Assembly (NCBI GenBank): GCA_963807575.1 | Contig: CAWECD010000013.1 | Location: forward strand, 113,605 to 177,604 | Reading direction: 5' to 3' | Origin: an uncultured Acidimicrobiaceae bacterium | GTDB lineage: Bacteria; Actinomycetota; Acidimicrobiia; Acidimicrobiales; Bog-793 | DNA: 64,000 nt | In this document: positions 32,825 through 42,133 of the stretch, one piece after another | Layout: every line of letters begins with the position of its first letter | How positions within the stretch are numbered: position 1 is the first letter of the stretch | Made by a program: the position numbers and the translations under genes | Notes under the pieces: model-generated | What the model was told of the DNA's origin: nothing | The model's database searches: none | The model's input: the letters and a program-made list of their open reading frames with translations, nothing else

Positions 32825-35800
32825 TTAGTCACTCACCTTCAGGCTGAAGCTGGTCAGCACCACCCCGTCCGTCACTGACAGCGTGTCAGGCGTAGTGCCA
32901 GCAGCCGTAGTGGTGTAGGTGAACGCTGCGTAACCGGCCACAAGTGCCAACGTGCCCGCACCCGCAGACAAACTGGAGGTGCTCCCGGTCCCTTCAGCGA
33001 CCGCCACGTCCACGGTGGGCGTTCCGGCCAGCACAAAGTTGCCGTATTCATCGACGAGCTGAACAGCCAGGTAGAACGTGTGCAAGCCCTCAGTGGTTGG
33101 GTCCGTGAAGACCTGCGCCGTTGTCCACGGTCCACCAGCGGAGACGAAGGGCACACTTCCAACGGTGCCGGCGTCGAGGTACGTCCCGGCGGAAATGTCA
33201 GAGTTGATGATCTCGCCGTAGGCAGCAGTTGCTGCTGTCGGGAAGACCGTCTCCGTGTTCGACGCATAGCCATTGACCGTGAACACAAGGCCCTGAGACG
33301 CGGCGTCGAAAAGCGTGACCGACACAGGTGCCACCCCACCAGTGAACGTCACCGTTGTGGGTACGACAGCCGGGGTGCCGTTCGGTGACGCAAACTGCCC
33401 GGTCACCGTGACGGCGAACCTCGCGGCGAGCGTAGGCACGCCGCCATGGTTGGTGTCGATGATGCAGGTGCCGCACGGCGACGCAAACTGCCCGGTCACC
33501 GTGACGGCGAACGTCCCGGCGAGCGTCGGCGCGCCGTTCATGGTCAACGTCCCGGTGTCGGCAGCTCCAGCAACAGGAGCAAGGCCAACAGCAGCCGTCA
33601 AGTTCAACCCAGCCGCAAACTCCAACGGGCCGAGCGTCTGCGTTGCCGCAAAGACCGTCGTGCTACCGGTCGGGGTCACCGCGTTCGACGCCGTCGGCGC
33701 CGCAGGCTCGGTGTAGACGATGGTGGCACTTGGCTGTGCGCCAGTAAAGGCCCCGGCCAGGGTCAGAATCTCACCGGACGTTGTACAGCCGGTGGCCGTA
33801 CCGCCCAGAGAGGCACCCTGGTAGTCGTACACGAAGTCGGCGTCAGCACCCGTTGCCGGGCAGGTCACGGGCGCGTTGTAGATGATCGCGATTGATGTCG
33901 CGCTCACGGTCGCCGAAACCATCTCCGGAGCCGTCGCCGCGCCAATCACGAAGGTCTGCGCTGCCGCGAACTGCGGGTAGTTGATAGTTGCGGTCACCGC
34001 GTACACAGCACTGTTTGTCGCAGGAACGGTGTACACAATCGTGTCCGTAGCGAGCGGCAGGGACAGAGTCGCTGCCGTGGAACCCGTCGCCGAGGTCATG
34101 AAGCCACCCAGCGTCAGTATGTCTCCAGCCGCGCTGCACGTTGTCGGGTAGGCAGGGCTACCAACGTTGCTGTACACGAGGTCCGCCTGAACGCTGCCCT
34201 GGGTAGTCGGGCAGGCCACGGGCTCGCCGTAGGTGACAGCGATCGTCCCCGCCGCCGCGCTGACGGTCGCCGCCGTAATGGTCGGCGTCGTCCAAACGGT
34301 GAGCGTCTGACTTATCGCGTACACGTAACCGGTCCCGGTCGCGTACACCGATGTTCCAGGCGCAGGGTCAGGAGTACCGCTCACCGAAGGCTCGGTGTAG
34401 ACGATGCTGGCAGGAAGCGACGGTGGATCGGCAGCGGCCAGACTCAGAGTCAGCGTGTCAGTGCCAAGCCCACCCGGCGCGCACCCTGTGACCGCGTCGG
34501 TCGCTGCGCCAGTCCAGTAGTAGGTGAAAGTGCCAAAAGCCGGGCAGATCACGTCCTCGTTGTAGGTGACCACGACCGTTGGCCCCGCTGTGCTGTACAC
34601 CGCCGACACCATGGTCGGCACTGCTGCTGCCGCCAACGCGAGTGTCTGCGTTGGCGAGAACAACGATGTGTTGCTGGTGGCGTAGACCGAAATCAACGTG
34701 CTGTCCGCGACCGCGGGGGTCCGGCCAGCACCTGCGGTGTAGGTGAGGGTGCCACCAGTGCTGCCTGGCAGGATGAAGGTTCCGGACAGGACCAGCTCAT
34801 CAGCGTTCGTTGCGGACGTTATGCAACCGGTGACCGCGCCACCCGACGCTGAACCAGTCCAGTCGTAGGCAAAGGCGCCATCAGCACCAACTGCCGGGCA
34901 GGACGCGCCCTGGTTGTAGGTGATCGTGATCGAGTTGGCTGCCACAACCGCCGACACCATGATCGGCCCACTGCTGAAGGGCATGAAGTACCCGAAGACG
35001 TCGACCACGAGGTTGATCGTCCCGTAGCTGTTGTAGACCTCGACGGCTCCCGTGCCGTTCGTGTCCGCGATGGTGAAGTTCGGGACAATGTCGCCGGCAA
35101 CCCAGTTCTCGCTAGAAGCGACGGGGTGCGTCGTGGTGGCTGCCGGGTAGACCGACAGGTAGCCGGAAGTCGCGCCTGCAACCACCGTGAAGTTGGCCGC
35201 AACCGAAGTGGCAGTCGCGGGGATACCGCTGGCGGTGGTGGCGAGGGTGAAGCTCTCCGAGGCGTTCGCCGCGAGCGGCGTCCCGGTGCCTACAAGGCTG
35301 GCCGTACGGGTGTCGGCCACGCGGACCGGCGTGATCGGCACGTAGTACGAACCGGTGCCACCGGCGGCGGTGTAGTAGCCGTCCACGTCGACATCGACGT
35401 CAACGGTTCCGGCGTGGTTGTAGACCTCGATCACTCCGCCGGTGCCGACTGCGACCGTCACGCGGTTGCAAACAACCGCACCAGCCGCGAAGTTGACGTT
35501 CGAGAACGTCGGCGCCGTCGTTAGCGCCGGTGCCGGGTAGACGCTGAGGAAGCTCGACGCATTCCCGTGGGCCGCAGTCACGTTGACCACGACAGCGATC
35601 GCGCTGGCGGGAACGCCGGTAACAGTCCCCGTCACTGTGACGGGCACGCTGGTGTTCGCCGCAACCGGTGCGCCGACGGCGAGGGTGCCGAGAGCACGCA
35701 CGGGGCTAATCGAGTTGTACAGGCCGTAGCCGGTGGTCGAAGGAGTGCTCGTGTAGTAGCCCTCCACGTCAACCACGACGTCGACGTCAGTGCCCGAGCT

Positions 35801-36292
35801 GTAGATCGACACCCCGCCTGTGGCGCTCAGCGCCGTTGTCACGAGGTTGGCCACGTTCTGACCAGCGACGTAGTTGAGGTTGGAGACCAGCGGCAGCGTG
35901 GTTCCCTCGGGGTAGACGGTCAGGAAGCCGGAAGACTGCGGGCCAACGGCGGTGACGTTGAGCACCACTGCCGACGCTGTGGCCGGTACGGGCGCGGTGC
36001 CCACCCCGGTGACTTGCACATTCAGCGTGGGGGCGGCGGTGGTAAGGGTCGTCCCTGCGTTCGGAAGGCCGGAGCCAGTCCGCGTGTCGGTGATACGGAA
36101 GGGTGTTACTGGGACATAGGTGCCCATCACGGCTGTCGTCGCGTGCGGCAGGGCTGCGGCCGAAGCCGAGGTGGCTAATGCGAGTGGTCCGAGGAGCAGA
36201 CCAGTAGCGGCAATTAAGGCCGTCCCGAGCCGGATCGGCATGCGCCTACCCGTCTTCTCCTCCGTCGGGCCTTCACGGGATGACCTAAGCAT
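32825..36292 (-). CDS. Large secreted repeat protein, paralogue 3 (paralogue-2 architecture + ~300-aa extra C-terminal Ig-like region)
   Basis: 1155 aa from the ATG at 36292, with RBS GGAGATGGAGGAAG. The track start is 36415. It is collinear with paralogue 2 through the signal peptide, four N-terminal repeats and four Cys-pair domains. Additional domains follow (FAVTVTGQFASP duplicated, then VQLVDEYGNFV, invasin/Big_1-like). Confidence 0.85.
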   Translation of the reverse strand: MLRSSREGPTEEKTGRRMPIRLGTALIAATGLLLGPLALATSASAAALPHATTAVMGTYVPVTPFRITDTRTGSGLPNAGTTLTTAAPTLNVQVTGVGTAPVPATASAVVLNVTAVGPQSSGFLTVYPEGTTLPLVSNLNYVAGQNVANLVTTALSATGGVSIYSSGTDVDVVVDVEGYYTSTPSTTGYGLYNSISPVRALGTLAVGAPVAANTSVPVTVTGTVTGVPASAIAVVVNVTAAHGNASSFLSVYPAPALTTAPTFSNVNFAAGAVVCNRVTVAVGTGGVIEVYNHAGTVDVDVDVDGYYTAAGGTGSYYVPITPVRVADTRTASLVGTGTPLAANASESFTLATTASGIPATATSVAANFTVVAGATSGYLSVYPAATTTHPVASSENWVAGDIVPNFTIADTNGTGAVEVYNSYGTINLVVDVFGYFMPFSSGPIMVSAVVAANSITITYNQGASCPAVGADGAFAYDWTGSASGGAVTGCITSATNADELVLSGTFILPGSTGGTLTYTAGAGRTPAVADSTLISVYATSNTSLFSPTQTLALAAAAVPTMVSAVYSTAGPTVVVTYNEDVICPAFGTFTYYWTGAATDAVTGCAPGGLGTDTLTLSLAAADPPSLPASIVYTEPSVSGTPDPAPGTSVYATGTGYVYAISQTLTVWTTPTITAATVSAAAGTIAVTYGEPVACPTTQGSVQADLVYSNVGSPAYPTTCSAAGDILTLGGFMTSATGSTAATLSLPLATDTIVYTVPATNSAVYAVTATINYPQFAAAQTFVIGAATAPEMVSATVSATSIAIIYNAPVTCPATGADADFVYDYQGASLGGTATGCTTSGEILTLAGAFTGAQPSATIVYTEPAAPTASNAVTPTGSTTVFAATQTLGPLEFAAGLNLTAAVGLAPVAGAADTGTLTMNGAPTLAGTFAVTVTGQFASPCGTCIIDTNHGGVPTLAARFAVTVTGQFASPNGTPAVVPTTVTFTGGVAPVSVTLFDAASQGLVFTVNGYASNTETVFPTAATAAYGEIINSDISAGTYLDAGTVGSVPFVSAGGPWTTAQVFTDPTTEGLHTFYLAVQLVDEYGNFVLAGTPTVDVAVAEGTGSTSSLSAGAGTLALVAGYAAFTYTTTAAGTTPDTLSVTDGVVLTSFSLKVSD

Positions 36293-36778
36293 ACTTTCTT
36301 CCTCCATCTCCAGGGTTCCTGCGTATTTCTGTACCGTCGTGTGGCACTTGTCGGACCACAGCCAACGGAACAAACCTATCACAGCCCAGCCGATACCACT
36401 CGATACATGGAACAAGTTGAAGCTAGTTGCTCACGTGGCAGGAGTCAAGCTTACTGACATATCCCTCATGACCGCCACCTGCTGTGAAGCCTCCCGCCGG
36501 GGTTGGTGGTCTCTGTCACTCCCATACTAGTCTGCGCCGCTGCACAAGCAACGGCAGAGTCCAAGGTACCGACCGGTTCCGCGCGTATTCGCGCATCCCC
36601 GGTCGCGACGCGTCGGTGCGCATCAGGCTCCTTGACACGGCGCGGCTGCGGCCCGTCGCGCCTATCGTGTGAGGCGGGACCGGGGCGCGGCCCTGGTTGG
36701 GACTGGTCACGACCCGACGTCGTCTCGTCGAGTTCCGGGAAGCCACTGCGGCGATGCTTCACCGCAGGGCGAGCGGGC

Positions 36779-38764
36779 TCAGGAGCCCGCACCTCGCCGG
36801 TCGCCCCGGACCAGGGTCACAAGGGCGCGTAGTGGAGCGGTCAGCCGCCAGAACTCCGAGGCGAGCAGCTCGTCGCGGACCTGCTCTGCCTCTTGTGCGC
36901 GATGTTCGAGCTGGGCGACCCGGAGGGCAAGCTCTCCGGTCCGGTCGCTCTCGGCGTGCAGGCGCTCCACCTCGAGGTGCAGGGTCTCCTGAGCCGCGGC
37001 GAGCGCAGCTCTCACCTCGTCGAGTGCGCGGTCAACCTCTACTCGATGTGCCTCGTGCGCCCGCTTCAGGCCGTCATTGCCCACGAGCAGGGCGACCTCT
37101 GTGGCGCTGCCCGGCGGGAGGAGCAGCGGCGCGCTGTCAAGGCCGGCGAGCATTCGCAGGTGTTCGCCCTCCCGCGCCCTGGGCGGGGTGGCCGTGCTCG
37201 TCGTGCCGGCGTCGTCCCAGCGCAGCTGGATCGAGGTCACGTGCCCGGTGTCTTCGACGCCGACGACCAACGCCGCCCGCACCACGAAGTCCCAAGCGGT
37301 ACAAGACGGGAGCTGCTCGTCAAACCGGAGGTGCATCTCGGACACGAGCGACCGGGACACCGCGATACTCGAGATCGGGGTCGCGTCCGTCGCCAGGTTG
37401 GAGATCACGCCAAAACGTTCCCCGAACTCCTTGAGCGGTTTTGTCAGCGTCACCGCCGATGCTCCCATCGCCCCCTCCTCGGGGGCGCGTCGGCGGACGT
37501 GGCGCGCAAAGCAGACCGAGCGGACGAGCTTGCCCGGGGCCCGGCCCGCGCCCTCGGCAAAGCGCTCCGCCCAGTCCGCGGTGACAAGGTCGTCGTCGTC
37601 CAAGAACGCGACATAGCGCCCCCGGGCAAGCGCCAGTCCCGCGTTGAGGGCTTCGGCCTCGTTCCCGGCGCCGACCTGCCCACCGCTGACCTTCTCGACG
37701 CGGACTCGGGAGGCGAAACCCTCCTCGAAGCTGTTCACGACCGCGCCCGAGGACTCGAGGGCCCCGGGATCTCCGCCGTGCACGAGGACGATGACCTCGA
37801 GGTCCTCGAAGCTCTGAGCGGCAAGGCACGTCAGCGCCTCTGCGAGCATCGACGGGCGCGTCCCGTCGGTTCTGATAAGCACCGAGAGGAACGGGCAACC
37901 GATCGCCACAGCCTCGGCCTGGGCACCTTCCGGCGCCGGCTGCGGTGAAAGCCGATCGGGCGCCGACGGATGCTCGATGAGACGGTAGGCCCGCACGAAC
38001 TGATTGACGGTCATGTAGGGGTCGGCCGCGGATCGCAGCGACCGGAGGTGATCGTGAACCGGCCCTCCCTCGACCAGGAAGGGGTGCTCGAGGGGGAACC
38101 ACTGGTCCGAGTGCTCCATGGTGAAGTCGTCGCGGCCGCACTCGCTCCAGCCGAACCGCCCGAGCTCGGCACCCACCCGCTGCTCTGTGAACATCTGCAG
38201 GTGGGTCCGGTCCAACAGACCGCTCGGGGTCACGTCCCACCGGCCGCCGACGAGCTTGGCGCCGAGGTCGAAATGCGCCACGTTCGGGATGCTCGTCACC
38301 AGGAGCGGGGCGTCGCTCCCGTCCGACGCGAGTGCCCAAAACAGCTCGGCAAGCTCGCTGAGCACGGCCGGCGGGTCGGGCAGGTGCTCGATGATGTCGA
38401 GCATCATCACCGCACCGACCGGACGCCCTGCGAGGACATCTGTGAGCTTGGCGACAAGACCCTCACCCATCGCGAGGTCGACCACATGGCTCTCGAGCCC
38501 CCGCGAGACGACATCGGCGACAGCGTCCGGGTCCCGGTCGGCGCCCACGTAGTCCCACCCCGCGTCACGGAGCACCTCGCCGACCGCTGCATAACCGCAG
38601 CCGAGATCGAGGACGACGCCGCGTCGGGCGTGGCGCTCGACGAGACGCACCGCGCTGCCGTACGGGCCCTCCCACGAAAAGGAGAAACGGTACGTCGCAA
38701 CGTGCTGCGGCCCCGCGCTCTCCCGGGCCGCACCCTCCCCGGGCTCAGAAGCGGTGCTCGGCAT
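36779..38764 (-). CDS. Fusion protein: class I SAM methyltransferase + family 2 glycosyltransferase + C-terminal coiled coil
   Basis: 661 aa from the ATG at 38764, overlapping the upstream stop by 20 nt. The track start is 38938. The MT motif is VVLDLGCGYAAVG. The GT2 motifs are FLSVLIRTDG...LTCLAAQSFEDLEVIV and YVAFLDDDDL. The ~110-aa coiled coil ends in SEFWRLTAPLR. Confidence 0.8.
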   Translation of the reverse strand: MPSTASEPGEGAARESAGPQHVATYRFSFSWEGPYGSAVRLVERHARRGVVLDLGCGYAAVGEVLRDAGWDYVGADRDPDAVADVVSRGLESHVVDLAMGEGLVAKLTDVLAGRPVGAVMMLDIIEHLPDPPAVLSELAELFWALASDGSDAPLLVTSIPNVAHFDLGAKLVGGRWDVTPSGLLDRTHLQMFTEQRVGAELGRFGWSECGRDDFTMEHSDQWFPLEHPFLVEGGPVHDHLRSLRSAADPYMTVNQFVRAYRLIEHPSAPDRLSPQPAPEGAQAEAVAIGCPFLSVLIRTDGTRPSMLAEALTCLAAQSFEDLEVIVLVHGGDPGALESSGAVVNSFEEGFASRVRVEKVSGGQVGAGNEAEALNAGLALARGRYVAFLDDDDLVTADWAERFAEGAGRAPGKLVRSVCFARHVRRRAPEEGAMGASAVTLTKPLKEFGERFGVISNLATDATPISSIAVSRSLVSEMHLRFDEQLPSCTAWDFVVRAALVVGVEDTGHVTSIQLRWDDAGTTSTATPPRAREGEHLRMLAGLDSAPLLLPPGSATEVALLVGNDGLKRAHEAHRVEVDRALDEVRAALAAAQETLHLEVERLHAESDRTGELALRVAQLEHRAQEAEQVRDELLASEFWRLTAPLRALVTLVRGDRRGAGS

Positions 38765-39695
38765 ACTCCCCCTCGCGGAAGAAGACGACTGAGGCGACTG
38801 CCTCCGGGGAGAGGCCGAGCGCTTCGCGGTAAGTGGCGGGGAGCACCCCTTCGGACTGCCTGCGCAGGAATTCCGCCGCCGCTTCGCGATGCAGCTCGCT
38901 GCCGTGGACCTCCGCCCACTGCAACCACTCCTCCACAAAGTCGGGCCTCTCCGCCCGGTGCCCGAGCAGCAGGCGAGCCAGCACGGCGTGATATTCCTCC
39001 TCCTCGCTCGGTGCGGGAAAGCCCGTCAACTTGAGCTCTTTGTCGTGGAAGACAGTCGCCTCCGGCACGTGGCGCACACGTAGGCCGCTCAGGCGGACTC
39101 GCCAGGAAAGGTCCACGTCGTCACCGTGAAGGAAGAACGCCGGCTCGAACCCGCCCAGAGCTTCGAAGACCGATGCCCTCATTGCCATGAGGCAGCCGCT
39201 CGCCCATGGAGTGTCACCCGTCACCGGGTCGAACGCCTTCGGGTGCTCGAGTGGGATCTGGCGCGCCTCGGCAATGCCGACGGTGTCGTCGTCGAGCACG
39301 CCGAGCAGTGTTGCCAAGCAGTTCGGCGACAGGTACGTGTCAGGGTTGAGCAGTACCAGGACGTCGCGCTCGCCGCCGGTGCCGGGCGCCCCCGCCGCCC
39401 GCTTCGCGAGAAGGTTCTGACCGGCACCATGGCCCGTGTTGGTCATGAAGGCGACGTAATCGAGCGAGATGCCGGCCCTGTCGAGGATCTCGCGGGCCTC
39501 GCCAAGAACCTCCTGGGCGACCAGGGCATCGGGCCCCTCGGGACCACCGCAGTCACCGATCGCCACCGTCGACACCACGTCGCCAGTCGCCTCGCCCAAG
39601 TGGCGGGATGCGGCCGTCACCGATCTCAGCATCCGCAACAGGCCACCCGGCTCCCCCCCGTAGCGGACCGTCTGGACCCGCAACGCCGTCACCAT
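38745..39695 (-). CDS. Family 2 glycosyltransferase (WbbL/RfbF-like)
   Basis: 316 aa from the ATG at 39695. Motifs are LVLLNPDTYL and FFLHGDDVDLSWRVRLSG. The first ~314 aa of track ORF 38745..40637 are an Arg-rich alternate-frame reading of the upstream repeat array and are rejected. Confidence 0.8.
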   Translation of the reverse strand: MVTALRVQTVRYGGEPGGLLRMLRSVTAASRHLGEATGDVVSTVAIGDCGGPEGPDALVAQEVLGEAREILDRAGISLDYVAFMTNTGHGAGQNLLAKRAAGAPGTGGERDVLVLLNPDTYLSPNCLATLLGVLDDDTVGIAEARQIPLEHPKAFDPVTGDTPWASGCLMAMRASVFEALGGFEPAFFLHGDDVDLSWRVRLSGLRVRHVPEATVFHDKELKLTGFPAPSEEEEYHAVLARLLLGHRAERPDFVEEWLQWAEVHGSELHREAAAEFLRRQSEGVLPATYREALGLSPEAVASVVFFREGEYAEHRF

Positions 39696-39703
39696 CGCGT
39701 TCG

Positions 39704-42055
39704 TCAACTGGAGCGTTGGCGGTACGAGTCGACAAGCCGCATCGCGACGCGAAGCGGGACCGTCGCCTTCCAGCTCTTGGAGGACTCGAACTCGGAACGG
39801 ACACTGGCTTCCGCTTGTCTGACGGCCTCCTCCAGGCGTGCGAGCGCGGCGTCGCGTTCGGCAGCGGCGGCCTGGGCGCGCGCCTCCGCCTCGCGCCACT
39901 CGACGATCTTCGCCTCGGCAACGGCGGTGACCTCCGCGGCACGTTGCTCGGCGAGGACGACACGCTGCTCGGCAAACGCCACACGCTCTTGGGCAAGAGC
40001 CACGCTCTGTTCGGAGACAACCGCGCTCTGCTCGGCGACGGCCGCGTGCTGTTCTGCGGCGGCGACGCGCTCCTCGGCAAACGCGACGCGCTCTTCGGCG
40101 GCGGCCACGCGCTGCTCGGCAAACACGACGCGCTCTTCCGCGAGAGCCGCGCTCTGCTGGGCGACAACTGCGCTCTGTTCGGCGACGGCCGCCCTCTGCT
40201 CGGCAACATCCACGCCCTGTACGGCAACTGCCGTGCCCTGCACGGCTACTGCCGCACCCTGCTCGGCGACGGCCACGCGCTGCTCGGCGACGGCCACGTG
40301 CTGCTCGGCGACGGCCGCTTGGCGCTCGGCAACCTTCACCTGCCGCTCGGCGACGGCCGTCTGCCGCTTGGCGACGGCCGCGCGCTGCTCGGCAACAGCG
40401 AGCAGCTTCTCCGCCGCCTCCACCCGCGCCAACAGCTGGCCTTTCTCGACCCACAGGTCCGCGACCTCCGTGGTCGCGCTCGCAAGGGAGTCCTTCGCCA
40501 GGTCCAGGTCCTTCTCCAGCTGCGCGACCTTGTTCGCCGTGATCTCCATCTGCGTGAGCCTGCTCACCGTCCCGGGTGGGACGAGGAGAGGCCTGGAGTC
40601 GAACCGGCCCCGTATGGACCACGTCGTGATCTCCCACTGCTCCTCAGGATGCTCGAGGTGGGAGGCGTAGCCACGCTTCCATCTCCGGTAGAGCGAGGTC
40701 ACCTCCGGCGTGCTGGCGACACCGCACAGCAGGGCGGCATTCAGCAGCATGTCCCAGTCCTCGAGCACGGCCAGCTCGTCGTCGAAGGACATGCCGAGGT
40801 CCGTGAAGCAGCTGCGCGGGATGGCCACCGAGCAGTTCGGGGTTCTGTTGCCGACCAGGTGAGCGACGAGGTCGAACTCGAGAGGGTACGGGGTCGTGGT
40901 CGAGCCGATCTGGCTATAGCCGGTACCGCACTCCCACGACTCCTCGTCGATCGTGTGCGTGGCACAGCCGGCGCGCACCACAGCGCCGGGATGGAGCTTG
41001 ACGAGCTTCGCGAACTCCTCGACCCAGTGGCACAGAGCAAGATCGTCGTCATCGAGGAAGGCCACGTAGCGACCCGACGCCTTCTCCACACCGACCTGCA
41101 GCGGGCGGGCCCTGCCTCCCCCATCCACGCGGATCGCCCGGGTCTTGTCCACGAGCCAGCGAGGCAGGCGCTCCATCACCTCGACCACCGCCGCGTAGTC
41201 GCTGTCAGCAGTGTCGTGACAGCAGATGATGACCTCGATGTCCCGGTCTGTCTGGGCGGCGAGCGAGGTGAGGTTGTCCTCCAGGGTGATGAGGCGCCGC
41301 CCCTGAGTCCGCACGACCACGCTCAAGAAGGGCGCAGGGGCGAGCGCGGGGGGAGCCGATGAGCCCGGGAGTCGGGCGGCGGTCAGCTGGGGCCGGGCCG
41401 CGGGCAGGTAGGCCCGCACGAAATGGTTGACGAGGGCGCCTGGTGCGCTCTGCTCTCGCACCTCCAACAAGAAGTCGTGCAGAGGTGTGCCCACAGAAAG
41501 TGCTGTCAGGGTGTCAGGGAAGTGCTGGTCGCTCCGGTCGGCGACGAAGTCGTCCGCCTTGATCTCCTTCCAGCCGGCGCGGGAGAGCTCGGCCTCGAGC
41601 CGGCCGGGTGCGAACAAGGAGAGGTGGTGCTCGTCGAGGAGGCCGGCCGGGCTCACGTCCCAGCGCCCAGAGAGCAGCTTGGCGGCGAGGTCGAAGTGCG
41701 AGACATTGGCGACGCTGATGACCAGCGGCGCACCCGCGTGCCTGTTGGCCATGTCGGCCAGTGCGGTGAGGAGCTCACCCGGGCGGGCCAGACGCTCGAT
41801 CACCCCGAGGGCTGTTATGGCAGCGAGCTGGCGACCGGCGAGGACCTCCTCGAGGCGCTCGGCGTCGACTCCACCCGGCTCAACGTCGACTCCGAGGTAC
41901 TCGAGGCCGAGCTCCGCGCATGAAGCGGCGTCAGTGCCAAAGCCGCGTCCGAGGTCGAGGAGCACTCCCTCGTGCAGGGCGTGGGCGGCGAGAAGCCGGA
42001 CGACGTGGTCGTGAACGGTCCCGTCCACGTGGTCGCGTTTGCTGGGCTTGCTCAT
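39704..42055 (-). CDS. Fusion protein: methyltransferase-like domain + family 2 glycosyltransferase + long heptad-repeat coiled coil
   Basis: 783 aa and collinear with the 661-aa paralogue. The N-terminal domain has a degenerate SAM motif (LLDLGRGFG). The GT2 motifs are FLSVVVRTQG...LAAQTDRDIEVII and YVAFLDDDDL. The ~230-aa coiled coil includes 22 tandem heptads, and the C-terminus is SKSWKATVPLR. Confidence 0.8.
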   Translation of the reverse strand: MSKPSKRDHVDGTVHDHVVRLLAAHALHEGVLLDLGRGFGTDAASCAELGLEYLGVDVEPGGVDAERLEEVLAGRQLAAITALGVIERLARPGELLTALADMANRHAGAPLVISVANVSHFDLAAKLLSGRWDVSPAGLLDEHHLSLFAPGRLEAELSRAGWKEIKADDFVADRSDQHFPDTLTALSVGTPLHDFLLEVREQSAPGALVNHFVRAYLPAARPQLTAARLPGSSAPPALAPAPFLSVVVRTQGRRLITLEDNLTSLAAQTDRDIEVIICCHDTADSDYAAVVEVMERLPRWLVDKTRAIRVDGGGRARPLQVGVEKASGRYVAFLDDDDLALCHWVEEFAKLVKLHPGAVVRAGCATHTIDEESWECGTGYSQIGSTTTPYPLEFDLVAHLVGNRTPNCSVAIPRSCFTDLGMSFDDELAVLEDWDMLLNAALLCGVASTPEVTSLYRRWKRGYASHLEHPEEQWEITTWSIRGRFDSRPLLVPPGTVSRLTQMEITANKVAQLEKDLDLAKDSLASATTEVADLWVEKGQLLARVEAAEKLLAVAEQRAAVAKRQTAVAERQVKVAERQAAVAEQHVAVAEQRVAVAEQGAAVAVQGTAVAVQGVDVAEQRAAVAEQSAVVAQQSAALAEERVVFAEQRVAAAEERVAFAEERVAAAEQHAAVAEQSAVVSEQSVALAQERVAFAEQRVVLAEQRAAEVTAVAEAKIVEWREAEARAQAAAAERDAALARLEEAVRQAEASVRSEFESSKSWKATVPLRVAMRLVDSYRQRSS
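39938..40402 (-). repeat. 21-bp tandem repeat array, ~22 units (encodes AVAEQRA-type heptads)
   Basis: Units of the type gctcggcgacggccgcgtgct are visibly periodic. The array is in frame and translates as AVAEQRA AVAKRQT AVAERQV KVAERQA AVAEQHV AVAEQRV ... Confidence 0.85.
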
Positions 42056-42133
42056 GGACGTACCGGTTCGGGTCCTGCGCGGCGACCTTCCGGGGCCGTT
42101 GCGAACGCTCGGGTCGTGCTCATGGGCGAGGCC

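Noticed and set aside
38745-41362. The N-terminal ~314 aa of ORF 38745..40637, plus the plus-strand ORFs 39126..40670 and 39608..41362
   Set aside because: All are alternate-frame or antisense readings of the 21-bp heptad repeat array and of the GT domain of 39704..42055. They give monotonous Arg/Ala/Cys or Leu/Gly repeats. The real GT2 gene starts at the ATG at 39695, just after the upstream stop.
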